A DNA stretch of 64,000 nucleotides from Sphaerochaetaceae bacterium (GTDB lineage: Bacteria > Spirochaetota > Spirochaetia > Sphaerochaetales > Sphaerochaetaceae). Under the pieces are notes generated by a model. The model saw nothing but the letters and a program-made list of their open reading frames with translations, did not search any database and had not been told where the DNA came from. Both the position numbers and the translations under genes were made by a program. Location: contig CAVCYP010000001.1 of the NCBI GenBank assembly GCA_963606545.1, forward strand, positions 1,613 to 65,612, given 5' to 3'. Positions 36,614-46,308 of the stretch are shown here, piece by piece (within the stretch, counting starts at the first letter, position 1; the number at the start of each line of letters is the position of its first letter).

Positions 36614-38509
36614 TTAGAAATTTTGCTCTAGTTCGTCCTGCCAAGTCTTCACACAGGCATCACTAGGCATTCTCCAGTCGCCTCTTGGAGAAAGAGTTAC
36701 AGAGCCAACCTTAGGGCCATCAGGCAAGCAAGAACGCTTAAATTGCTGAGAGAAGAACCTCTTATAAAAAACCTTAAGCCACTTTAAAATCACCGTCTCA
36801 CTAAATTGCTTATCAAAAGCATACTTGGCCAATCTATAAACCTTAGAAGGAGAGCTGCCCCACCTAAGTACATTGTAGATAAAGAAATCGTGAAGCTCAT
36901 ACGGACCAACAAAGTCCTCAGTCTCTTGCTTCCCTGGAATTAACTCAGGACTAATAGGAGTATCCAAAATAGCGTACAAAGTTTCCGCCAAAACGCCATC
37001 CTCGGTGATTCTAGCAGTGTACTCTACCAGCTTTCGCACCAGCGTCTTAGGCACAGAAGCGTTAATCCCGTACATAGACATATGATCCCCGTTATAGGTT
37101 GCCCAGCCCAAAGCAAGCTCAGACAAATCCCCAGTACCAATGACCAAAGCCCCAACCTTATTTGCATAATCCATCAGCACCTGAGTTCTCTCACGCGCCT
37201 GCGAATTCTCATAAGTCACATCATAATTGCTTGAATCCTGCCCAATATCAGCAAAATGTTGCAGCACCGCCGCCGATATATCCACCGTCTTCACCGTACA
37301 GCCAAATCTCTCCGCCAAAATCACTGCGTTGCTTCTAGTCTTAGCCGTAGTCCCAAAACAAGGCATGGTAAGACAGTGAATATTCTCTCTAGATAGCCCC
37401 AGCAGGTCAAAACTTCTAGCAATAGCAATCAGCGCCAACGTGGAATCCAGCCCGCCAGAGACCCCCAAAACCGCCGTTTTAGAGCCCGTATGCGTCATTC
37501 TCTGCTTCAAAGCCAGCGCCTGAAGCGTCAAAATCTCCTCAAACCGCTTGTCCGCCTCAACTGGGTCCTCCGGAATAAACGGGTGGCTATCCACCTTGCG
37601 TGTCAACGCCGTCTCCCCAATCTCAATATCAAACCCTATATACCGATACTCTTTATCATTAGTCGTAACAAAAGTATTTCTAATACGTCGTTCATGCTCA
37701 AGTCGCTGTAAATCCAGCTCAGTAATAAGTAGCTTATCCGGCTGCATGCTTTGACTTGCCAGACAGTTTCCATCCTCGCAAATCATGTTATTGCCAACAA
37801 ATACCAAGTCCGTGGTGCTCTCGCCAGCACCAGCATCGGCATAAACGTAGCCACAAATAAGCCGAGCACTTTGACCAGAGACCAAGTTGTAGCGGTAATC
37901 GCTCTTTCCAGCCACTTCATCACTTGCACTCATGTTTGCAATAACAGTTGCGCCGTTGATGGCGTGATTTACGCTTGGAGGATTAGGAACCCAGAGGTCT
38001 TCACAGACTTCACAGGCAAGTCTAAAGTACGGCACCTGATTGCAGGTAAAAATGAGCTTTCCACCCATGTAAACTTGATCATCCCCAAACTCAATTAGCT
38101 CTTCATTGGGCAAAGCGGGGGTAAACCAACGCTGTTCATAAAACTCCTGATAGTTAGGAATATTGATTTTTGGAACAATGCCCAAAACCTTGCCAGCAGA
38201 GGCAACAATGGCACAATTGTGCAGTTTACCCCTAAATTCTACTGGACATCCAAAAACTAGGACCATGTTTTTAGGAACATTAGAGGCAACCCTTATTGCA
38301 CAATCCTTGGCATTTTCCACCAAAGCCTGTTGAAAAAACAAATCTTGACAAGTATATCCCGTGATGCACAACTCAGGCAAAACCAGGAGATGAACTCCTT
38401 CTTCATGAGCCTTTCTTACTAAAGAAAGAATCTTCTCTGCATTGTATGCACAATCTGCAACTTTGATTGAAGGAGTTGCAACAGCAACCTTTATGAAACC
38501 ATGTCTCAT
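36614..38509 (-). CDS. nadE: Glutamine-dependent NAD+ synthetase (CN-hydrolase + NAD synthetase domains)
   Basis: 631 aa. N-terminal nitrilase-like domain (LLVLPELCITGY) and PP-loop GVSGGLDS. Confidence 0.9.
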   Translation of the reverse strand: MRHGFIKVAVATPSIKVADCAYNAEKILSLVRKAHEEGVHLLVLPELCITGYTCQDLFFQQALVENAKDCAIRVASNVPKNMVLVFGCPVEFRGKLHNCAIVASAGKVLGIVPKINIPNYQEFYEQRWFTPALPNEELIEFGDDQVYMGGKLIFTCNQVPYFRLACEVCEDLWVPNPPSVNHAINGATVIANMSASDEVAGKSDYRYNLVSGQSARLICGYVYADAGAGESTTDLVFVGNNMICEDGNCLASQSMQPDKLLITELDLQRLEHERRIRNTFVTTNDKEYRYIGFDIEIGETALTRKVDSHPFIPEDPVEADKRFEEILTLQALALKQRMTHTGSKTAVLGVSGGLDSTLALIAIARSFDLLGLSRENIHCLTMPCFGTTAKTRSNAVILAERFGCTVKTVDISAAVLQHFADIGQDSSNYDVTYENSQARERTQVLMDYANKVGALVIGTGDLSELALGWATYNGDHMSMYGINASVPKTLVRKLVEYTARITEDGVLAETLYAILDTPISPELIPGKQETEDFVGPYELHDFFIYNVLRWGSSPSKVYRLAKYAFDKQFSETVILKWLKVFYKRFFSQQFKRSCLPDGPKVGSVTLSPRGDWRMPSDACVKTWQDELEQNF

Positions 38510-38606
38510 GCTTTAATCTCCCAAGCAATAAAAAAGCGGCCTGCTTATAAGCCCAAATGCATTATAAGACAAACCGCCCTAGCTGAAAAGAAAGATTTTG
38601 CCAGAC

Positions 38607-39506
38607 TTACATAAACTTGGCCAAATCCAAGCCTTTCTTTTGAACTGCAGCAACCAAAGCTTCTCCAATCTTATCTGGAGTCATCGCAACTTCAACCCCA
38701 GCTTCCTGGAGGGCAGCAATCTTACCACTTGCGGTACCCTTGCCACCAGAAACAATAGCGCCGGCATGACCCATACGCTTTCCCGCAGGGGCACTTTGGC
38801 CGCCAATAAAGGCAGCAACCGGTTTTGTCATGCAGTTAGCAATGTAATTTGCAGCCTCTTCTTCTCCACTTCCACCAATCTCACCATTCATGACAACGGC
38901 GTAAGTGTCTGGATCCGCCTCAAAAGCCATAAGAGCATCAAGGAAGCTAGTACCCCTAATTGGGTCTCCTCCAATACCAATGACAGTAGACTGTCCAATA
39001 CCTCTGTCTGAAAGCTGCTTTACCGCCTCATAAGTCAAAGTTCCTGACCTAGAGATAATACCAACATGGCCTGGTTTGTGAATATAACCTGGCATGATAC
39101 CAATCTTACACTCACCTGGAGTAATAATTCCTGGACAGTTGGGGCCAATAAGTCTTGTACCGGTTCCTTCAAGGTAATGCTTCACCATAGCCATATCCAT
39201 AATAGGAATACCCTCGGTGATACAAACCACCAGAGGAAGGCCAGCGTCCGCCGCTTCCAGAATAGAATCAGTAGCAAATTTGGGGGGAACATAAATTACA
39301 GAAGCGTTAGCTCCAGTTTTTTCAACCGCTTCACGAACCGTGTCAAAAATTGGAACTCCATAAATTTCCTGACCGCCCTTTCCGGGAGTAACCCCACCAA
39401 CAATCTTTGTACCGTACTCAAGCATCTGCTGAGTGTGGAAGGCTCCCTGTTTACCTGTAATGCCCTGAACAATAACCTTTGTATCTTTGTTTACAAGAAT
39501 GCTCAT
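38607..39506 (-). CDS. sucD: Succinyl-CoA synthetase alpha subunit
   Basis: 299 aa. [29 protein letters not shown] and the phosphohistidine loop GHAGA. Confidence 0.95.
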   Translation of the reverse strand: MSILVNKDTKVIVQGITGKQGAFHTQQMLEYGTKIVGGVTPGKGGQEIYGVPIFDTVREAVEKTGANASVIYVPPKFATDSILEAADAGLPLVVCITEGIPIMDMAMVKHYLEGTGTRLIGPNCPGIITPGECKIGIMPGYIHKPGHVGIISRSGTLTYEAVKQLSDRGIGQSTVIGIGGDPIRGTSFLDALMAFEADPDTYAVVMNGEIGGSGEEEAANYIANCMTKPVAAFIGGQSAPAGKRMGHAGAIVSGGKGTASGKIAALQEAGVEVAMTPDKIGEALVAAVQKKGLDLAKFM

Positions 39507-40673
39507 TTAGTTCCTCCCAGCCTTGGCAGCTTCAACAGCTTTTCTGGCACCATCAGCCATATCAATGGCCGGAATTATAGACATACCCGAATTTTTTATT
39601 ATCTCTTTGCCCAATTGGACATTCGTTCCTTCAAGTCTGACAACAATTGGAATCTTAATTCCAATCTCTTTTGCCGCCTCCACAACGCCCTGAGCAATTA
39701 CATCGCACTTCATAATTCCACCAAAGATATTAATGAAAATTGACTTCACATTTGGGTCTGACAGCAGAATCTCAAAAGCCGCCTTAACGCGTTCAGTTGT
39801 AGCACTACCACCTACATCTAAGAAGTTTGCTGGGCTTCCGCCAAAGCTCTTAATGATGTCCATTGTAGCCATTGCAAGGCCAGCACCGTTGACAAGACAG
39901 CCAATTTCCCCATCAAGGGAAACATAGTTCAAATCAAACTGAGATGCCTTATATTCCTTTGGATCTTCCTGCTCTACATCTCTGAGCTGTTGAATATCGG
40001 GATGGCGGAAAAGTGCGTTGTCGTCAAAGTTGACTTTGGCGTCTAGGCAAAGCAGGTGGCCGTCTGAGGTTTCCACCAGTGGATTGATTTCAATCAAAGA
40101 GCAGTCTTTTTCTAGGTAGAGCTGGTAGAAGGCTTTAAGCATTGTGGTAAGCTCTTTTTGAAGGTCACCGGAAAGCCCCAAAGCCTTTGCAGCTTGGATT
40201 GCCTCGTAAGGTCTGAAACCCGAGAGCACGGAAAGTGGGATTTGAACAATGCGCTCTGGGTGAGTTTTTGCCGTCTCTTCAATCTCCATGCCACCGTCTG
40301 CAGAGGCAACAATCACAAGACCAGCAGTCTCGCTACTTGTGGTGATGCTAAGGTAGAACTCACGCTTAACGTCAACTGCCTCAGAAACCAAAATTTTGTG
40401 GACAATCTTGCCCTCTGGACCGGTCTGTCTAGTTACCAGTGTCATTCCAAACATCTTGGAAGCCACCTCTTTTGCCTCTTCAGGAGTTTTTACAAACTTA
40501 ACACCACCGGCCTTGCCTCTTGCTCCGGAATGTACTTGAGCCTTCAAAACGCAAGGGCCATAATCCTTTGCAGCTGCAACAACTTCATCTACACTTGTAG
40601 CCAACTTGCCACCAGGAACTGCTACGCCATAACTAGCTAAAAGTTCTTTAGCCTGATATTCGTGAATCTTCAC
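39507..40673 (-). CDS. sucC: Succinyl-CoA synthetase beta subunit
   Basis: 388 aa. [13 protein letters not shown]-terminus and ATP-grasp fold. Abuts sucD. Confidence 0.95.
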   Translation of the reverse strand: MKIHEYQAKELLASYGVAVPGGKLATSVDEVVAAAKDYGPCVLKAQVHSGARGKAGGVKFVKTPEEAKEVASKMFGMTLVTRQTGPEGKIVHKILVSEAVDVKREFYLSITTSSETAGLVIVASADGGMEIEETAKTHPERIVQIPLSVLSGFRPYEAIQAAKALGLSGDLQKELTTMLKAFYQLYLEKDCSLIEINPLVETSDGHLLCLDAKVNFDDNALFRHPDIQQLRDVEQEDPKEYKASQFDLNYVSLDGEIGCLVNGAGLAMATMDIIKSFGGSPANFLDVGGSATTERVKAAFEILLSDPNVKSIFINIFGGIMKCDVIAQGVVEAAKEIGIKIPIVVRLEGTNVQLGKEIIKNSGMSIIPAIDMADGARKAVEAAKAGRN

Positions 40674-41248
40674 TTTGCAGCCTCCTGCTCAGACTTCTCA
40701 ACTTCGTGCTTTTCAACAAGAGCAAAACCCTCTTCCAAAGCCTTTTCATTGAGAGCTTCAGTCCCTCTTGGAACGTGCATAAGAACTGCCTTTGCAACAG
40801 TTTTCTTAGTACCAATGCCCAAAAGTTTGCAAATGCATCCAACAGCAACAATGTTCGCTGTCTGCTGTTTGCCCACTTTTTTTCGCGCAGTTTCAAGAAT
40901 TGGGGCACTGATTATCTTATTTGGGTCCAAATCTTCAGGCATCTCAAGAGAACTATCAATCAAAATCAAACAACCCTCTGCAAGATCCTTTTTGTAAGAG
41001 TCCAAAGCCTTCTGAGTCAAAGCCATGAGGAAGGTTGGCTTTTGAACCTTTGTAAAACCAATCTCTTCAGGAGAAATAACCACCTCAGCTTTACAGGAAC
41101 CACCTCTGGCCTCCGGACCATAGGACTGGCTCTGAGCAACCTTCATTCCAGAAAGAAGAGCAGCTTCAGCAATAATTACAGAAGCCAAAATAACCCCCTG
41201 ACCACCACTTCCGGCAAGTCTCACTTCCTGCTTAGTATCTTTATTCAT
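40670..41248 (-). CDS. korC: 2-oxoglutarate:ferredoxin oxidoreductase gamma subunit
   Basis: LAGSGGQGV motif. The preferred ATG at 41248 (MNKDTKQ...) overlaps the korB stop by 8 nt. The track ORF starts at 41266. Confidence 0.85.
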   Translation of the reverse strand: MNKDTKQEVRLAGSGGQGVILASVIIAEAALLSGMKVAQSQSYGPEARGGSCKAEVVISPEEIGFTKVQKPTFLMALTQKALDSYKKDLAEGCLILIDSSLEMPEDLDPNKIISAPILETARKKVGKQQTANIVAVGCICKLLGIGTKKTVAKAVLMHVPRGTEALNEKALEEGFALVEKHEVEKSEQEAAK

Positions 41249-42110
41249 TGTTCTCTTTCTCCTCATAAAGGCGCTTAATCAACTGGTCATAAGCATAAGT
41301 AAATTCAGTGTACTGAGTCTGATGCAAAAGGCCTAAAACCAACTTTCCCTTAAGCTCTTCCGCAGTCATTTTCTCAGCCTTTTCAATAGGAATCATGTTG
41401 TCTTTCTGCCACTTAAGCATATCAACAGCATTACCTTTCTTATTCTTTCTGCCATAATAAGTTGGACAAACAGAAGCAACATCAATAATTGAAAAACCCT
41501 TATGCCTAATTCCCTCTTGAATAAGACTAATTGTCTGCTGAACATGATAAGCGCTACCGCGGGCGGCATAGGAGGCACCAGCACCATAGGCAAGACCAGC
41601 AATATCAAAAGGTCTATCCAAATTACCATATGGAGCGGTAGTTCCAAACTCATGTTTTGGAGTAGTTGGAGAATACTGACCACCAGTCATACCATAAATA
41701 TTGTTATTCATAACAACAACGGTAAGACCAATGTTTCTTCTAGCCGCATGAATCAAGTGGTTTCCACCAATTGCCGATATATCGCCATCCCCAGCCAAAA
41801 CAATAACCTCAAGGCTAGGATTTGCAAGCTTAATACCTGTAGCAAAAGCAATTGCACGGCCGTGGGTAGTATGAATAGTATTAAAATCCATATAACCGGC
41901 AGCACGAGAAGAACACCCAATACCAGAAACAATAATTGTGTTATTTCTGCTTAAGCCCAAGTTTTCAATAGCCTGCGCCACATCCCGCATAATAATACCA
42001 TTGCCACACCCCGGACACCAAATGTGAGGAAGATGCTCCGGTCTCATATATTTATATATAAGATTGGACATATTCTTGGTTTTTGGTCCAACATCACTTG
42101 TATTTACCAT
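41241..42110 (-). CDS. korB: 2-oxoglutarate:ferredoxin oxidoreductase beta subunit (TPP-binding)
   Basis: WCPGCGNG and the GDGD TPP motif (LAGDGDISAIGGNH). The preferred ATG at 42110 is preceded by GGAGG and lies 1 nt after the korA stop. Confidence 0.9.
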   Translation of the reverse strand: MVNTSDVGPKTKNMSNLIYKYMRPEHLPHIWCPGCGNGIIMRDVAQAIENLGLSRNNTIIVSGIGCSSRAAGYMDFNTIHTTHGRAIAFATGIKLANPSLEVIVLAGDGDISAIGGNHLIHAARRNIGLTVVVMNNNIYGMTGGQYSPTTPKHEFGTTAPYGNLDRPFDIAGLAYGAGASYAARGSAYHVQQTISLIQEGIRHKGFSIIDVASVCPTYYGRKNKKGNAVDMLKWQKDNMIPIEKAEKMTAEELKGKLVLGLLHQTQYTEFTYAYDQLIKRLYEEKENNE

Positions 42111-42111
42111 C

Positions 42112-43248
42112 TCAAGCCTCCTCAATCTTTGCCAAAATCTCACTTGGAGTCAGAACACCGCCATCATACTTGCCAACAAATTTTACCTCGCAGCGTCCCT
42201 TAACAACCCGTTCAACCTCCAACACCATCTGGCCGTAGTTGTGCTCTGCAACAACAATCTTCTTCAGCTGGCCCTTTGCCACAACCTCTTCAAGCTGCTT
42301 TTCAGGGAAAGGCCACACAGTAATAGGTCTGAACATACCACACTTGATACCCTTCTCGCGGGCCGCTTTGATGGCAGAAAGAGCAGCTCTAGTAGTTCCG
42401 CCGTAGCAGAAAACTGCCACCTCTGCATCCTCCAAATCTGTCTGCTCGCAGGTAACAATATCATCATAGTTATCTTCAATCTTATGCATGAGGCGGTTCA
42501 TCATCTTCAACGCCTCCTCGTGCGAGTTAGTTGGGAATCCAGACTCATCGTGAATCAAGCCAGTAATATTATACCGCTGGCCTCTTCCAAACGGCGCCAT
42601 CTCCGGCACCAGCTGGCCCTGCTTCATGTGATAGGGCAGGCGCTTGGCATCTGGATACTTCACAGTAGGCCTATTGACAATCACCAAGTCCTCAGCCCTC
42701 GGAATCTCCACGCCTTCTCTCAAGTGCCCTATAATCTCGTCCATCATCATCAACACCGGAGTCCGATATTTCTCAGAAAGATTAAAAGCCCTTACAGTAA
42801 GGAAATAAGCTTCCTTAACAGAAGCCGGACTTAGAGCAATCATTGGATGGTCCCCGTGGGTACCCCAGCGGGCCATCATCATATCCCCCTGAGAAGGAGA
42901 AGTTGGCATACCAGTGGAAGGCCCCATTCTCTGAACATCCACCACAACAAGAGGAATCTCAGCTAAGACTGCGTATCCCAAATTTTCTTGTTTAAGAGAA
43001 AAGCCAGGACCACTGGTTGCTGTCATAGATTTTACACCAGCAACAGAACCACCAATAGCACAAGCAATTGAAGCAATCTCGTCTTCCATTTGAATAAACT
43101 TACCAGCTTCCTGAGGCAATCTAAGCGCACAAAGCTCAGCAATTTCAGTTGATGGAGTGATAGGATAACCCGCGTAAAGTCTCATTCCAGCAGCAATTGC
43201 ACCTTCAACAACCGCCTCGTTGCCTTGCATTAATACGACTGAACCCAT
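42112..43248 (-). CDS. korA: 2-oxoglutarate:ferredoxin oxidoreductase alpha subunit
   Basis: 378 aa. LMQGNEAVVEGAIAAG N-terminus. Strong RBS GGAGGGAG upstream of 43248. Confidence 0.9.
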   Translation of the reverse strand: MGSVVLMQGNEAVVEGAIAAGMRLYAGYPITPSTEIAELCALRLPQEAGKFIQMEDEIASIACAIGGSVAGVKSMTATSGPGFSLKQENLGYAVLAEIPLVVVDVQRMGPSTGMPTSPSQGDMMMARWGTHGDHPMIALSPASVKEAYFLTVRAFNLSEKYRTPVLMMMDEIIGHLREGVEIPRAEDLVIVNRPTVKYPDAKRLPYHMKQGQLVPEMAPFGRGQRYNITGLIHDESGFPTNSHEEALKMMNRLMHKIEDNYDDIVTCEQTDLEDAEVAVFCYGGTTRAALSAIKAAREKGIKCGMFRPITVWPFPEKQLEEVVAKGQLKKIVVAEHNYGQMVLEVERVVKGRCEVKFVGKYDGGVLTPSEILAKIEEA

Positions 43249-43457
43249 TGTTCTCCCTCCGCATCTTTTTCGTCAATGTAGATTGCATAATCTGGGCAAC
43301 GCAACTCGCATAAGCCACACAAAATGCACTCGGTTCCCTCTTTGCGCTGAACCTTTTCGCCAGCCATTTCAAGGGCTCCCTTAGGGCAAAAAGCTACACA
43401 AATGCCACAGCCTTTGCACCATGCTGAATTGATAATCAGCTTTTTCTGGGTATCCAT
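43230..43457 (-). CDS. korD: 2-oxoacid:ferredoxin oxidoreductase delta subunit (2x[4Fe-4S] ferredoxin)
   Basis: CKGCGICVAFCP and CILCGLCELRCP. The preferred ATG at 43457 has AGGAG 7 nt upstream. The track ORF starts at 43526. Confidence 0.8.
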   Translation of the reverse strand: MDTQKKLIINSAWCKGCGICVAFCPKGALEMAGEKVQRKEGTECILCGLCELRCPDYAIYIDEKDAEGEQWVQSY

Positions 43458-43593
43458 CAGAATCTCCTTCCATGTCATATATGGGATATATAAGAAGAGG
43501 TTAGCACTGTTGGTCCACAATTTCAAACACTTTATATCTGATGTTTGTCACAACATTTTTGTTGTGGTATACTAGCACTCATGTGAGGTACTT

Positions 43594-44550
43594 ATGAACT
43601 TTCAGAATCTAGAATACTTTCTTGTTGTTGCCTCGGAAGGCAACATTACAAAGGCAGCAGAACGTCTAAATGTATCGCAACAAGCCCTAAGTAATTCTAT
43701 AGCTCGTCTAGAAAAAGAGCTTAACTGCAAACTGTTTGAGCGCAAAAAGGATTTAGAGCTAACCTATGGCGGAAAACAATTTAAAGCATCGGCTGAAAAA
43801 ATATTAGATATCAAGCATCAGACGCAAACCGTCTTGGATGAAGTTGGAGAGGGGCGTCGTGGAGAGCTACGCATTGGCATTAGCTATACGCGCGGTCAGG
43901 CCATTTTGCCGCTGATTCTGCCAGCTTTCAGTAGACGCTATCCCCTTGTTGAACTGCACGTGACGGAGGGGAGCACGCACGTGCTGGAAGAAGATTTGGA
44001 CCGCGGTCGCATTGACGTTCTCATTGGGTTTGCGCCGTTCATGGTTGAGAGTGCAGAGTACACAGAGCTCATGAAAGACCACTTATATCTTGTTCTGCCA
44101 AAAACACTTATGGCACAAACTTTTGGAGAAAATGCTCAGCAAATTCTCAACGAGTACCAACGGGAAGCCGATATCTCGCTCTTCAAGGATATGCCTTTCG
44201 TTCTGCTCCGGGAAGGCGACCGAATCCGTGCAATTGTTGACCGAGAATTTTACGCAAAAGGCCTCAAGCCTCAAATCAAACTTGAAACGCAGAACATCCA
44301 GACCGCTTTTGCCTTGGCCTCTGAGGGCATGGGGCTAGCCGTCTGCCCAGAGCTCTATCTTGGAAGCACGTACGTCGCACCAGGCATGACCCAGTCCTCT
44401 GTACGCAAAAAAGTTGACGTCCTCCCCTTCTCCAACAGCGCCTCCCAAGACGCCATAGCCATTGGTTATAACCGCGAGCGCCACCTCAGCCGATTCGCGC
44501 TAGACTTCATCAACACTGCCCTCGCCACCTTTGAAAAACCGATAATCTAG
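43594..44550 (+). CDS. LysR-family transcriptional regulator
   Basis: 318 aa. N-terminal HTH NITKAAERLNVSQQALSNSIARLE. Divergent from korD. Confidence 0.9.
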   Translation: MNFQNLEYFLVVASEGNITKAAERLNVSQQALSNSIARLEKELNCKLFERKKDLELTYGGKQFKASAEKILDIKHQTQTVLDEVGEGRRGELRIGISYTRGQAILPLILPAFSRRYPLVELHVTEGSTHVLEEDLDRGRIDVLIGFAPFMVESAEYTELMKDHLYLVLPKTLMAQTFGENAQQILNEYQREADISLFKDMPFVLLREGDRIRAIVDREFYAKGLKPQIKLETQNIQTAFALASEGMGLAVCPELYLGSTYVAPGMTQSSVRKKVDVLPFSNSASQDAIAIGYNRERHLSRFALDFINTALATFEKPII

Positions 44551-44551
44551 G

Positions 44552-45352
44552 CTATTTCAATAAAGTTTTAATTATTTTATCAAGATGCTCAGTATTAATA
44601 GAATAATCTTCGCTTTCAAAAGTAGTTATAAAATTAATTCCTTGTATAACTCCATACTTTGCATAGATTTCAATTTTAGCAAGCGTTTTCTGCAAATAAT
44701 CGGCTTTACTCATTCTGCCAAAGTGCTCCCAGTAGTATTCCTTTCCTGTACGTACATTTAAGACAAGAAAATCGGGATAAGCAAGGATTCTATTTCCTAC
44801 CATTAATGCGGCTTCATAATGATAGGGAATTCCAGCATCATAAAGTTTATCCGCAATGATTAATTCGCTCTTAGAACGAACATATTCTCCTCTTTTTGTT
44901 TTAAATACTAATTTAATTGGATAATCTGAAGTTTCATGCTTTTCTGCCTGCCATTTTCTTGCATAAGCTTCATTGAAACTTGAAATTGGCTTTATAAATG
45001 GCTTTAGTTCTGCAGGAAAGCTATTATAAATTCTGTCCACATTATACTTTTGCTCAGCGTTGTTAAGCTTTGTTATACACTGATCTAAAATTTCTTTTCT
45101 TGCTTTTATTGCTTTGTACACCTGTTGGTCATAGCGCTTCTGTGCAAGCGCTGCAATCAGCGGAGCTTGAGTTCTATTAAGGTATTTTTGAGGAGTTTTA
45201 GCATCAAAATATTGGTAATAACTTATTTTCCCATTCTTTTTTCTCTCTATGAGCATCCCCTTTGGTGCAGAGGCTTGTTTCGCTGACAATTGATTCAATA
45301 GATAGTTCAAATACCGAGAAATTTGTATTAATTTGCTAATCTGCTCCTTCAT
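44552..45352 (-). CDS. AT-rich orphan gene; hypothetical protein with a PD-(D/E)xK-like nuclease core in the C-terminal half
   Basis: 266-267 aa. ATG at 45352 with AGGAG 5 nt upstream. Core: RGEYVRSKSELIIADKLYDAGIPYHYEAAL...YPDFLVLNVRTGKEYYWEHFG (E ... D ... E-x-H/K-like arrangement). Two 60-nt lines counted at 25-30% G+C, versus about 50% in lysR. Confidence 0.55.
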   Translation of the reverse strand: MKEQISKLIQISRYLNYLLNQLSAKQASAPKGMLIERKKNGKISYYQYFDAKTPQKYLNRTQAPLIAALAQKRYDQQVYKAIKARKEILDQCITKLNNAEQKYNVDRIYNSFPAELKPFIKPISSFNEAYARKWQAEKHETSDYPIKLVFKTKRGEYVRSKSELIIADKLYDAGIPYHYEAALMVGNRILAYPDFLVLNVRTGKEYYWEHFGRMSKADYLQKTLAKIEIYAKYGVIQGINFITTFESEDYSINTEHLDKIIKTLLK

Positions 45353-45534
45353 CACAACTCCTGTAAGCTAAAGATTGCATGGAAAAGACTTACAGGCAAG
45401 CTTTATTTTTGGAAGTTTCCCCAAAAAAGCCCAGTTTTTTGAAGTTTTGGTGGGAATTTTCCCCCAAAAGTGATTTGTTGTGGTTTTTTCAAGGAAAATG
45501 CAATTGCTAAAATAGCAAACGTTAATAAAAATCG

Positions 45535-45558
45535 GGCTAGCGGAGAGGCTAGCGGAGA
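45535..45558. repeat. 12-bp tandem duplication (ggctagcggaga x2) in the yhhQ leader
   Basis: 45535-45546 is identical to 45547-45558. Confidence 0.9.
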
Positions 45559-45587
45559 GGCAGTGGTAGCAAGCTTGAATTTTTGTT

Positions 45588-46268
45588 ATGCTGTGCAGGA
45601 TGTCACGCAAGAGAGATTTTCTGTTTGCACTGTTTATTGCCTCAATGGTCATAGTTAACGTTTTAGGAACCAAAATTACGACTATTTTTGGCGTGAGGGT
45701 ATCGGTTGGGATATTTTTCATGCCACTGTTGTTTTTGATTACAGACATTGTGGGAGAGGTGTACGGCCGCAAAGAAGCAACGCTGTTTGTAAATTATGGG
45801 ACAATCATGCTGGTGTTTTTATTTCTGATGATGAACCTTTGCATTGCGGTCAAGCCAAATGAAACGTGGCATATGCAATCAGAATATAAAGCCATTTTTG
45901 GCTCGTCGCTACGCATGACGCTTGCAAGCCTCATTAGCTTTGTTGTAGCACAACACTTAGATGTCTTTCTCTTTGATTTTTGGAAGAAAGTAACTAATGG
46001 AAAACATTTGTGGATAAGAAATAACGTATCAACAATTATCAGTCAGCTTCTAGATACAATTCTCTTTGATTTTATAGCTTTTTGGCACATAAATGAAACG
46101 TACACAGCAGGATTTTTGTTCACGTTAATTCTTCCCTACTGGCTATTTAAAGTGGCCTTTGCTCTACTGGATACTCCCTTTTGCTACTGGGGCGTTAGAT
46201 GGCTTTCAGACGGAAAACTTCCCACAGACTGGCAAAGCTTTAAACACAGGCAAGAAAACCATAACTAG
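45588..46268 (+). CDS. yhhQ: Queuosine-precursor transporter, YhhQ/VUT (COG1738) family
   Basis: 226-aa polytopic protein. LFIASMVIVNVLGTKI..., FMPLLFLITDIVGEVYGRKEA and ISQLLDTILF are typical of the family. The start may be the ATG at 45600. Confidence 0.8.
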   Translation: MLCRMSRKRDFLFALFIASMVIVNVLGTKITTIFGVRVSVGIFFMPLLFLITDIVGEVYGRKEATLFVNYGTIMLVFLFLMMNLCIAVKPNETWHMQSEYKAIFGSSLRMTLASLISFVVAQHLDVFLFDFWKKVTNGKHLWIRNNVSTIISQLLDTILFDFIAFWHINETYTAGFLFTLILPYWLFKVAFALLDTPFCYWGVRWLSDGKLPTDWQSFKHRQENHN

Positions 46269-46308
46269 CGGTTTGCCTATCTATTAAATAAATATTATTA
46301 TTACCCCT

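Noticed and set aside
39066-39743. 225-aa plus-strand ORF across sucD/sucC, with similar ones at 40158..40640, 40706..41278 and 42064..42834 across sucC/korC/korA
   Set aside because: All are antisense to strongly recognisable suc/kor genes. They are rich in S/N/L/R, as expected for reverse-frame translation, and have no start context.
45397-45587. preQ1-I riboswitch upstream of yhhQ
   Set aside because: It was expected from family context. I could not find the short P1 stem followed by the conserved A-rich ...AAAAAACUA..GG tail. Left as an open question to settle with Rfam/cmscan, not called as a feature.
45368-45772. 134-aa minus-strand ORF, and the 62-aa plus-strand ORF at 45470..45658, in the yhhQ leader
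   Set aside because: The first overlaps the well-supported yhhQ N-terminus antisense. Both are low-complexity and lack an RBS.
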